Assembly: GCA_040954595.2 (NCBI GenBank)
Contig: CM082589.2
Location: 4,106,213 to 4,170,212 of the forward strand
Direction of reading: 5' to 3'
DNA length: 64,000 bases
Origin: Balanoglossus misakiensis
Taxonomy: Eukaryota; Animalia; Hemichordata
In this document: one piece after another, positions 39,872 through 52,100 of the stretch
Layout of the letters: every line of letters begins with the position of its first letter
Numbering within the stretch: position 1 is the first letter of the stretch
The notes under the pieces: generated by a model
Seen by the model: only the letters and a program-made list of their open reading frames with translations
The model's database searches: none
What the model was told of the DNA's origin: nothing
Position numbers and translations under genes: made by a program

Positions 39872-40072
39872 AAAGAGTGCCACCACCGTCAGATACCTTG
39901 CATGCGCATCGAAAGACTGCGATCTTTCACTTCCGGGAAAGTCGACTACGTAGTAAGACTATTCACGTGCTTGAAAAAAGGCAGTAGTATGCCCGTTATA
40001 TAGCGCTACCGTGACGTGAATTGGTGCGGTAGGTCAGGGACAGTTTGAATCCTGTAAATTACGATCGAGTCG

Positions 40073-42383
40073 ATGACGTCAAATGCCGAAGACGTCAACG
40101 AACCCCAAGATGGGGGCTGTCGGGGTTGGCTGGTGGTGGTCGGTGCTTTCATCTGCAGTACACTGGTGTTTGGTCTATACCCATCTATAGGACCGCTTCT
40201 CGTTGCAATTCAGCAGTACTTCGAGGCAAATTCAGTTAGTACGTCTTCGATACTGTCGTTAATTCTGGTCCTTCAGTTTGGTTTAGGTAAGTTGGAAGGT
40301 GGTCTGTACGCCAAGCATAATAGGTATCACATTTTCGGTGTACTGGCGAAATCAGTGTCACGTAGAACTATAGCTGCGGGTACTTTACTTTGATATTTAT
40401 TGTGCGCTGTATTTAGGTCATGGAAGGTCATCGTGGCGTGAGGGCAACCTCTCATTGAACTTACACACGCCACAATACACAGCCACATCTATTCCATTCT
40501 ATTTTATTTAAATCAGGCTCCAGACCCAGACTGCAGAAATACATGACACATATACAAATCTGACCAGTACAATAATCATGAGTATAAAAATATTCCTCCA
40601 GTGTCTGCAATGTAGTGACTCTATATATGTACATGCATGAATATTCTTAATATAGAGATTCTCAGAATAAGCTCTTAATTCTTAATTTGAAATTTGTTCC
40701 ATTTTATATATATCTACTACCGAAATGTGTTTTTTTACAGGCCCCTTGGCAAATTTGTGCGTGAAAAAGGTGGGATTTCGGACGACCGTCATGTGCGGAG
40801 CAGTTCTTTCCACCTCCGGATTTATTCTGAGTTCATTTGCACCGAATATTGAGTTTCTGTTTTTCAGTCTCGGAGTTCTGGTTGGTGAGTACACGTTGTA
40901 AACAGCACTAGTCAAACTTCTAAGCTTCAGCACTCGATCTTGGCTGTACAGGGTGCATATGGGTAATGAATGTTAAACTGTGTTTACGCCATCTTGAAAA
41001 TTTGCAGTGCATTGTGGGTCAATTGAGTTCCGGTTGAGGGGGAGTAGCGTCTACAACCTATCCAATTTTCCAGCGGTTTAGTCAGATGTTCAAGTAACAT
41101 TAGTAGTAGTAGTTAATTGAAGAAAATCGTAATTCATTGTCTTTCTCTTTCAAGGTCTTGGATATGGAATGACATTGGCACCGGGAATAGGAATTGTTGC
41201 GTCGTTCATAAAGAAACGTTTTGTGTTAGCGCATTCACTTGTGGTGTTTGGTGGTGGGTTTGGCATTTTCATTTTCCCGCCATTGCTGCAAATGTGCATC
41301 GACGATTACGGATGGAGGGGTACAGCTATTATTTTTTCTTCTATAAACGCTCACATAGGAGTAGCTGCTGCTTTGTTCGGGCCGAGAAATCTTTGTAAGA
41401 AAGAAAGAAGGATTGACTTGGACGCCGGAGAGACAAATGATAGGTCACAGTCTACGAAAATTGCACAGATACTAGAAATGTGTGACTGTACCATCTTTGT
41501 CAAGTTTCCGGGATTTATAGCTTTATGCGCGACGTCATTTACAGCGATAGGTCTGGGATTACTCGGTGCGCCGGCGCATCTTGTGGCCCGTGCTGTAGAC
41601 CAAAACATCGGGAGTCCCAGAGAGATCGCACTAATGAATTCATTGCTGGGAATCGCTAGTATGCTTGGTAGGCTAACCCCCTCTGTCGTACCGTGCTGTG
41701 CTTGGAAACACCTGTCCTGTTGTTGCGTGTATGGCCTTGCTTATTGTCTCGGTGGCACGACACTTATTCTCAGCACACTAGCAAAAACCTACGTGTCCTA
41801 CGCGTTCTTCACGTCCATTGCTGGGTTCAGTATGGGACTGTGCTATACACTATTTGGCGTAGTCCTGAAGGGAATAGTATCTGCCGAACTATTTGTTCCC
41901 GGGATTGGTTTAGGCACAATATTTACAGCCCTTGGAGGATTGCTGGGACCAATATGTGCAGGTACATATAGTTTCATATTCTTTTATGGCAGTTTTTGTG
42001 CCCATCAATTCAAGCGGCTATCTCGAGGAGATGTAATTCATGCTACCTTAACGCTAAACGTACAGCCCGAACACGTCAATACTAACCCTCTGTTATTTGT
42101 GATATTTGTTGCAGGCTATATATATGACGTCACCGGAGATTACAACTACTCGTTTTATTTCTATGGATCTTTCGTGTTATTGGGTGGAACAATAATGCTA
42201 GCGTATGCGTGCTGGACCTCTAGGCAACACCAACACTCAGTCAATTTGCAGGACCCAATTGAGGCTCCCCGTTTGCACTCTGACGCACATTTGACTTATG
42301 TCATTTCTTCCGAGCGGGTTGAAATTGATAATTTTGTTGGGACGCAAACGGGAGGAGAGGCTAAGTCGGGTAATGCTGTATAA
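40073..42383 (+). CDS. Monocarboxylate transporter (SLC16/MCT family, MFS), tandem paralog A
   Basis: Exons 40073-40286, 40741-40884, 41155-41961, 42115-42383. Motifs QDGGCRGWLVVVGAF, F..KRFVLA, YGWRG and GYIYDVTGDYNYSF are typical of SLC16; many hydrophobic segments. Confidence 0.92.
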
Positions 42384-42856
42384 CTTGTTCGAAGAAATCG
42401 GCTAAATAACCTGAAATATAGCCGGAAAAATTTGTATTAATGATAAAAACGGGAATGTACACAATGCATAGGATTCACATTATGTTTATCATTGAGCTAT
42501 TAAAGTATAATTAAAATATCCGGGAATACCACTCTCATGACTCCATGTGTGAACCTCTAGATATACCCTTTTGAGGTCAAAAGTCCAGGTAGCAAGCGAT
42601 TTCTATCTGTTGTCCAAACCTTCGTTTCTGTTGTCTGACAGGGTCATGGCTGACTGTTGACAACATCTGGTTCACCCCTGACACTGCTGAGGTCAAATGG
42701 GGCGTGACATGGTGCAGGCAAGCAGTAAGGACATCGAGCAAAAATCGCATGCCACTTGACTTCAGCAGTGTCGGGGGTGGATGATTTGTTGTCAGAAGTC
42801 AACAAATAGTCACTCGTGACCATGTACGATACGTAGAAGTCTGGACAAAGGCATTT

Positions 42857-44743
42857 ATGGAAGCAAGCAGTGAAAAAATCCAGCGACAGTCGCGTCGGAC
42901 AGACACCCAAGATGGCGGTTGCCGGGGCTGGCTCGTGGTTCTCGGGTCATTCATCATCGGTGCGTTTGTATTTGGCGTTTTTCAAGCCCTCGGCCCAGTC
43001 ATTGTGGCTATCCAGAAGGATTTCAAGACGACGTCAGTTCGTACGTCGTGGATACTGTCCCTGATTCTGGCGCTTGGGTTTGGTCTTGGTAAGTTTCAAG
43101 CAAAAACTGTCAATCTTAGTACTGTACAGTTGCACATTGGCCTGATATGCAGACCTCTGAAACCCTACTCTTATATAAGCGCTAAACGCACGACAGAACC
43201 GTATACACCATGCATTTACATATAACTGTCAAGCACCTGTCATCCACCATAATATGCATATCATATTCAATGGATCAGTCATGCAGTTCTCAACCGAATC
43301 TGTACAGGTTTTACTTATACTTACAGGTCCAGTAGCTAACGTGTGTGCCAAAAAGTTCGGATGTCGAACGACAGTCATGTGTGGGACAGTGGTATCTTCA
43401 ATTGGATTCTTTGTGAGTTCATTTGCACCAAATATCGAGTTTTTGTATTTTAGTCTGGGAATTATGGTCGGTAAGTACAGTTTACACACTTTTACACACA
43501 GTTTGTCACTTTTTCGATAAATATATACAACCATACGTATTTACTTAATTTTTCGTCCCTATATTAGGATTGGGCCATGGGATGAATCTGACGCCTGGTT
43601 TGGGGATATTTGCTCTATTTATAAAGAAGCGTTTTGTGTTGGCAAATTCCATTGTACATGTGGGAAGTGGAGTCGGTATGTTCGTGTTCCCACCGTTGTT
43701 GCAATGGTGCATTGATGCTTATGGCTGGCGGGGCGCCCTCCTTGTGTTTTCGTCCATTAACGCCAACATGGCTATCGGTGGTGCCTTTTTCAAATCAAGA
43801 GTTTCCACGACGAAAGAGGAAATGGACGACAGGGCATCTGAGATCAACGGAGGCAGAGTACAAAACGGCCAATCGCCATCGAGCAGTTTCAAAGAACTAC
43901 TACAAGTTTGCGACTGCGGTTTGTTTACAAGTCACCCGCCATTTGCTGCGCTTGCCTTGGCGTCATTTACGGCCATCGGTGTGGGATACCTCGGAGCGAC
44001 AGCGCACATGGTAGCCCGAGCTACCGACCAGCACATCGGAACCCCCGACAAGATCGCCTTCGTGGTTTCGTTGTTTGGAATCGGTAGCATCGGTGGGAGA
44101 ATGGTGCCAGCCCTCGTACCGTGCTGTCGATGCAGACGCCCGAGCTCTTCTTTTTGGTTGGGTCTTACGCATTTCCTGGCTGGAATAGCATGTCTGCTGA
44201 ATTCATTTGTCAACTCGTACCTGTCGTATGCCATTTTTGCGACTATTCTTGGCTTTCTACGCGGGGCGGGGATTGCACTGCTAGGCATATCCAGACGTGA
44301 CATACTATCAGAACACTTTTACGTTGCGGGAGTTGGAATAACTACATTGTGTATTGCCCTTGGGGGATTACTCGGTCCAACTTGTGCAGGTAATTATTTT
44401 GAACAAAAAAGTTCAATATATCATCTCCTGTGGCTTGATTAAAACAGATGTCGATTTTTATGTATCTCGAGCGCCATTGGTTAATCAAGCTTACTTCATC
44501 CATTGCCATATATAATGTTTTGCAGGCTACATATATGACGTCACCGGCGATTACAGCAACTCCTTTTACTTCTATGGATTTTTCTTGACAATTGGCGGCG
44601 CTATACTGTTTACACTTGAGTGTTGCCTTGCCAGAAAGCGATGGTTGTCAGCGAAGACGACCAAGTATGACGTAATTGCCGCGGACGCAATCGAGCTGGA
44701 AGATACCATCGGTGACAAGACTGTGCAAAGAGGAAGTGTTTAA
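42857..44743 (+). CDS. Monocarboxylate transporter (SLC16/MCT family, MFS), tandem paralog B
   Basis: Exons 42857-43088, 43327-43470, 43568-44389, 44526-44743 (...QRGSV*). Same intron positions and motifs as paralog A. Confidence 0.92.
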
Positions 44744-44811
44744 GTTGAATTACATTTTACCTTCTTTTGATTGTGTTTAAGGTAGGTCCAATACACATGG
44801 TTTATCTTAAA

Positions 44812-44827
44812 TAGCGCCCTCTGTTGA
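44812..44827. promoter_or_regulatory. CTCF-like motif (TAGCGCCCTCTGTTGA)
   Basis: Resembles the reverse complement of the CTCF core CCACYAGRGGGCGCTA. Similar motifs at 2278-2293 and 19253-19268. Confidence 0.3.
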
Positions 44828-47800
44828 GAAATCCAAGGAAAGTGCATGTGTGATTTTCACCCATGCGCAAAAACGTGGACAAATGTTTTGTGACATTTGT
44901 TGGCGCTATCCCTCCAGTGTTTCAGTCGTGGTAAGCCTTAGGATTGAGTATATTCTGAATCATCATGTCCCCTGAAAAAGTAGGAAAAAGAATAGATGTT
45001 TTCAGGATATTTTATCAGAAGTTCAATTTTAACATCTTAATCGACTCCATTACTCAGTCAACCTTTGATGTTTTGCACGCACTGTATGTAAAATGTCACA
45101 TGGTAAAATTAAATGGACATATTCTTAAACCTATATGCTATTCTAAACCGATCAAAATAATTGTGATACTAAATTGAACAGACGTGCAGTTTAATGCATT
45201 GCTACCAAGAACTCATCTTCAGAACAGGCTTGTCGGCATATCTGTCAAATCTGATTCTCACAAGGTAGCGGAGAAATTTATGCTTGCCATTTTAAACGTT
45301 GGCGCATTCCCACAGCGTTATAAATGTGTCACGCCGACCGAATCGATAGCAAAATGTTACTTAGCAAGCTGGGGTCGGGTTTAAAACGTTGTTCACACGT
45401 TAACAAGTCTCTCATGCGAAGTGAAAGCGGGGTTGGTGTAAATTAACCGAGACGCTGTAAACTGAAAACAAACCGAGTGACATTAACGAGAATGATCGTT
45501 CGACAAACCAACATTGGCGTCGCTTATCTCAACAGCGCCTCGAGCTTCTCCTCCTAAAGGAATTCTGTCCCCAACATTTACTTGACGTAACATGTTTACC
45601 GATTCTAATCAATGGGTTCAATCCACTTTTGTCGAGAGCAATCGAATCGTCACCGCTCCCAGCCATGCGCGCGACGTTTTTGCCGTGGTAACCGTCGTTA
45701 ATTTGACAACTTTCCCGCCGGCGAGGAATATCCCATGTCAGTTTTCTCGGTGGCCTATATTGTATGAATTAATTGAATAACAGTCAACAAAGGGTCTGAT
45801 AAAACTTCTAACTGTGCGTTTATCATCGCAGGAGCATGTAACATGTTGTCTTGGAATGCGTTCTGACAGAACAACCGTCAAAACCAGATGGCCCGTGAAA
45901 TCCACTGAACACGAAAGCACGACAACAAAGATAGCCATATGATACTTGTGTGTCCGTAAAAAAAGTCGACATCGGAACTGATTTCAGTGCCCACGTTCCA
46001 TTTCCGTCTCGGTTTATCACATCGCATCAGACGAAGCGTTCATTAAAGCGTGTATAGTACTGCGCCACGGTGTGACGATGACGACGGGGCGCCGTGTGTT
46101 TCTCTCGAAGGTCGACCTCTTACACGGTGATTTCAATGTTACCGCTTGTTTTGAACGGCCAGTTGGCATATAGATGTGTTTTGTTTGACAGAGCAAACGA
46201 ATTGTTATGTATTCTATGTATTCTACACATTATGAACGGCTGGATGAAAGCCGGCTATCGTTTAATTCACACGGCAGGCGATCGTGGCTAACATCCAATA
46301 AACCTAATCGCTGCTGAAAAGTTCTGTCTTTACTCAGAAGCATATAATCATTGCCTTTCACTCCATTTTTGAAAGGAAGGCCGCATTACAGTAAATCAAG
46401 GGCCCAGTAATGAAAATATAAAGTCATAATGTGTAACCTTGTATGGATTTAACATGGGAATATTATTACACGACTATGAGCTGCAACTTTTGACATTATT
46501 TTCATGGTTATACTTTTAAAGCAATAGTTAATTATTGTCATTATTATTGAAATCACATACGAAAACATTAGTAGGCTTGTATTTAGAATGTCACGAGCCG
46601 AAAACGCATGTGTCGCCTCAAAGACGAAGTCTCGGTGGGTAATTAAAGACACCTTTGGATGTATCGACACTGGCGGTACTAACATAATGAGGGTGATTTT
46701 TTTTGTTTGTTTAAAGTCAATGACACGATAACGGGGGAGGCAAAACACCGAACACAGTGAGACACGTCTGTTTCAATCAGGATGCTTTCATTGTTTCCCT
46801 TGAAACCGTAGCAACACCAGACTCTGTTGAATGGTGAAAGCTAGTTCCAGTCACCATCATGGCGCCTGACTTGCCAAAGAGAAGGGCAATTACAACAAGG
46901 TAGTTTGGTTTAATACGCAAATAAATGACTTCACACATCGCGAAGAAGAATCTGGGGCGTAATGATGTTCCTGAAATCACAGCTCTCGCGGTTTTGTAGT
47001 CTTTACCAGCAATTTGAGGGTGTTGATTTTACTTCAGTGGGTCAAAGTGGCCATTTCATTTTGTCAATATTTAAAGCCCAGGTGCAGCCCCGACTGACAA
47101 GGGCCACATCGATGTTTATCATTCTACACCAGAGAGTCTAACACCAGGCTCACCGCACGCACATTAGCCAGCAGGAGCTTTGGTGGTCTTGCCCTTTAAT
47201 CTCCAGGCTAGGGGGCCCGACTGAACAAGATGGTAATCATCCTAACTTTATTCTACTTTTGATAATAACTGGACACGTCACGTATATGGAGGGATTTTGA
47301 AGGTTTCTGTTTTTTCTTCTTAAATCATTCCCAGGGGTTCATCCAACTTTGTAATGATTTCTGCGTGAGCATACAAGAACGCCTTTAAAGTCAAAAGTCA
47401 TCTGAAAATACCGGTAATCTCTATTGAAACAAGGGTGAGATTCAGACTATTATTGTTAAAATTTCTTTCGTTTTGAACAAAATTACTATCTGACAGAATA
47501 TATTTTGTTTGTGGGTAATCTGGCGTTGCGATAGAAACACTTGATAAACACTGACTTGTGATTCCTTACGATCAACTTGGGAAGTCACAGGTTGAGCTGA
47601 AGATTTGATCTTTACAGGCGCGACTAAATCCAGATATAAAACGTGATAGGGGTGACGAGCATTTCCCTTGCTAAATGGTTTCATTTCGGAAAGCGCGCAT
47701 AAAAATACTGAATGTGTGGGCAAATTACACATATATCATTCGACTATAGATTGGATCAATTAGCACTACAAAACCCACCCTTCACCGTCGCTCGAATTTA

Positions 47801-48629
47801 CGGTGTTTCGTGCCAAGTTCTGCATGATTGATTGGGTAGTTAGCAGTTATGTTTCACTACTGTAGATGCTATGAGTATTGGCGTATTTAATGACATTCCG
47901 TTTTGGCGACATTGAAACTTTATGGACGCCTTCGCTTTATGGTTGACCTCCGCGTTGGCACGTCGGTAAAATACAGTTAAGTCGTTACTGGATTGTCCAT
48001 CATTGCAGCTCAAGTTTTAGCAATATCAAACACAACAGATAGACTAGATAACCCGCTTTGATTAAAGCGCCATATGTCATTTCGTGTTTCAAAAAAGCTG
48101 TTTATAGTGGTGAAATTCAAAGGCAGCTGAATAGGGTTAAGTGCAGGATATACCTGTGCACGCAATTATAATGGAAACTATTGTACCGCAAATGTTTGAC
48201 GCAAACATAATCGCTGACGTCTTCTATCTAATCGATATATAGGATATTTCAGCATAGAACATTCAGTATCTGATTACTTGTTACCGAGATATTCAATCAC
48301 AAGAATTCATCAACACAAACCTATTTTGACATCCCCCGGAACCTGGGTATTCTGTTGAAGAGAAACAAGTTTTACGACAGAGTAATGTGATACCATATGC
48401 CAGGTAGATTCACATGCAACGTATTATGTCTAATCTTACGACTTCCTGTAATATTATCAGGGCTGGTATTTGCATTTCCAAAGTGAATCGGATTATCGAG
48501 ATGTTGCAAGTTCAATACGTTTTATTGACTGTTTATTGACTGAAATGCTATTTGGGCACATATGTATACTGAATGCCAAGGAGAAAAGACAGTTCCCCTT
48601 GAGGTGATATTACTTGAGACTAGGGAGTG

Positions 48630-49140
48630 TAGATTGCGTTGAGCTGTCACGTGATGCCTTCAGATGAAAACGAAACAAGGTTCCCAAGAAGCCCACAGTC
48701 ACTTTCATTTGTCGTAATTCGCGCGTGGCACCGGAGAAAAACAAACAAACAAACCAATCGCGTTTTCGCACCTTGCAGACAGACTCATTTCCAGAAAAGT
48801 GCAATTTTCCGCATTCAAGACGTCTCCCGGGTCGCCATTACGGATGAAAATGGCGACAATGGGGAGAAGAGGTAACCTTGTTTCGTAAAGGAAAATGACT
48901 GAATGATAAACTAGTTGGTTTAAAAGGAGAGAAAGCTCTCTTACAGAATTATAGCCAGTTCAATTTGTCACATAAAATTCAATCAGAAGGTGATATTTCA
49001 GGAGCAATGCAATTACCTGTATCTGGAATTTGCGGTAATCCTTAAAAATTTGCCTACCACGTTTTCTCCAGAGATCACTCAATATTCATCTAACTATTTT
49101 GCATGACAGGAGAAGCGTTGTTATCATGTCAATAGTGGCA
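48630..49140 (+). repeat. Dispersed repeat, copy 1 (~500 bp, diverged)
   Basis: Collinear blocks shared with 59567-60071: gatt.cgtt.agctgtca, gccttcagat, gtcactttcatttgt, acaaacaaaccaatc.cgtttt, cttgcagac, gccatta..atgaaaat, attttgc.tgac.ggaga. Confidence 0.75.
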
Positions 49141-52100
49141 CATGATAAAATTGATTGTTAACAGCACTAAAATGGACAGTGTTGGCGTTTATGTTTTAAC
49201 ATGTTGTGAAAAGACTCGGAGACATCTCAGGATTAGGAAACAAGGTAATCTTATATGAACGGCGAGTGTAGACGAAGATAATACATCGAAACATCCTCGA
49301 TGTTTGCATTGTGTATATTAATTACGATGAGCATAATTTTGAAATTAAGAGATATTATAGAAAGTTTAACAATTGAACAATGAGAAAAATGCTTGTATAT
49401 GAGAACTATAGACGTGGCAACGGATGTGTCGTGCATGTGTGTCAAATCTATGAAGGACTCAGATACGTGCGGTGATGATCGACATCGAAGGACACCTTCT
49501 CAATTACACAGCATGCATGCAGGGAGATGTCGACACAGATAATTTAAGTGTTTGGATTTTTTTTTTCTAGAATTCAAACAACCTTGGTAGGCACCGACAA
49601 AGCGATGTAAATATTACAACACGCAAAGTCAATGCCAACATTGTTTGTCCTTTGAAAAGAAACGGAGTAAAGATGTCTCTGATAGCATACGGGTTTAACG
49701 TGTCGAAGGAGGTACGACCACATCATGCTGATTTCATACACCAGTCTGTGATGGCGCTCGTTTGTCGCCCAGTATGAAGTTACCTGGACTTTTAATAAGC
49801 AATCTACTTTTCTGGTAATTCTCTTCGTCGAATCTCTCAGAAAGGGGACACTTGTCGCTGTGATGGATCGGGGACACTTGTGAGAGTCATTGATCTGACT
49901 CGCAAATACCACCGGGTCTTCGCTTCATTTTTGGATGATCGCAGCTGGAAAGTCTCCAATTGCACAATATCTATAGTTAATGACTTGTCAATCGGTCTAT
50001 ACGTTGATGAGAAGCAGTGTAAGTGGTTCTTGGCTTGGGGGTGTCTGGCGTTAATGTCAGGCTATGAAATATTTACTTGTGTGTGAGTGTGTGTGCGGCT
50101 TCATCGCACAGGTACCTGCAGACCCACGCACGCCCACACAGTGCTTTGCAGGGGGAAAAAGGCCCACTCTTCCGTTCACAGCCCCTGGTCTTCCTGGTTC
50201 TTCGAGGACCCTCGAAGACCTAGATGTTAGACCGAAAACAATTACAGACTACGGTTCGTTCGGAAGAGGAGTAATGGTCCCTCAGCTGCGCGACAGCGGG
50301 ACGAGCAAATCCCTTTGGGAGAGTGCGTCACGCAAGCAACCATGATTAATAATTCACCATCACTAAAGATGGCCGATCTATTGACGTAAACGGCTATCAG
50401 TGGGCGCATAATATTCCACATCAAACTCCACGCTGATGTTTCATTTATCCACCTATTAAGTTGTAGTTTTTGACCATTTTCCCATAAAAAAAACGGTACT
50501 GTATTGCACATGTCACTTAGAATGATGGTTTTATAAAACCATGTACCAGGTCCATCAGGGTTTTAATTCATTTCAGCCTAATACATGTATACAGCGACCA
50601 GTATTTGGTATTGGACTGGGTTTGCATTTTCAATGCTGTGATGCACTTTCAGAATTAACTCTGAAAAGCTGTTCAGTAGAGACTTCCGCGTGGACCGACT
50701 CAAGCTAATCAGAGAACAATAACTCGAAGACGACCTCATTAAGGTAAATTATCCTAATTTCCCTGTGCCGTGCCGCCCTATGGAAACTGTCCTTCGTCTG
50801 TGTGCCTTAAGTGGTAATGACATCGACACTTACTGTGCAACCTTGAGGTTGTATTCGCGTGAGGCACAATGGACCCTCCGTTTGTCGACACATTTCATAT
50901 TCCGTGGCAATGAACTACAGTAATACAGCAAGGTTGCATTGCCCCCCCCCCCCTCCCTTGCCGTACACAAAGGTAGCATACGTTTCATATATTGACTACT
51001 AAAGTTTTATAAGAGAATTAGCGTTATAGATCCTCGTGAGCGAACAAAATATTGATGGAGGGGGAGGGAGAATTGGCACTGACCATTACCTAGTTAGTCG
51101 CCTAAACCTCACCATGTAGCTCACAGTTAGCCCATGAATGTGTCGTTAGAGAACACGTCAGCGGTAATCTTATTTACAGTTTCGGTTGGTTTCGATATGA
51201 TCAGCGAATATCAACGCAGTCATGAAAAGGGCCACTTGGCGCCGTTGTGTTGTGTTGTGAAAATGCTTCAGAAGATAAGTTCAATGTTTGCAACTGTCCG
51301 GGTCAGAACATGTCAACTCATCTCATAAATCTGAATCTCGGATATTCCCACGAGCGGCCATTATTTCCCCCACGTGACTTAGCTTTGACGGGACTTCTGG
51401 AAATCGCGTGATGCATTCACCGATCCTTGACTGAGGACAGGCCGAAGCGGAAATCCCCGAAACGCCGTCGTAATACTGAACAGGTAAAACGGGCCGTGGG
51501 ACAAAGAAAACAGGTCAACAGACGACATATTCACGCGAGAAATGAGTTGCCAATGTGAAAAGTGCGAGTGTCTGATGTGGAGCGTTATCATGTAAACTTA
51601 TAAAAGTCTGTGGTATGCGAGAACAGATTTATATTTGTCAAATCTAGACTCAGAGAAAACAATTTGACGCCCGTGGGAAACTTTATTGTATTTTCCCTAA
51701 TCATGCAACATTCAGTATTTTCGAGTTTTACAATACAACCCACATTTTGAAAGATTTTGTATAATCATATGCAACATAGAATGAACGAGAATAGCTTTAA
51801 TCCTCTGGCGCAATTTACACAGTACTTGATGCTGACCCCAAAGTCTTCTCAATGACGACGAGAGGTCCCATGCGGTTAGCCGAAGGTGCGTGCGCATACA
51901 GAGACGTGTACAGCACGTCACCATACAAGTCGTAACAATTAGAAAACTTGTCTCGGTCGGCATCGGAATGCTGCCCGACGTGTTCGGGCGTTTTGGACAT
52001 CTTTGAAACGATGCGAAATATGTTGTCGAGCTTGCGATGACTGTTCTGCCTCTGCGTGTGATGTCAAACGGTGGAAATAAGCGAACCGGAAGGAACATGT

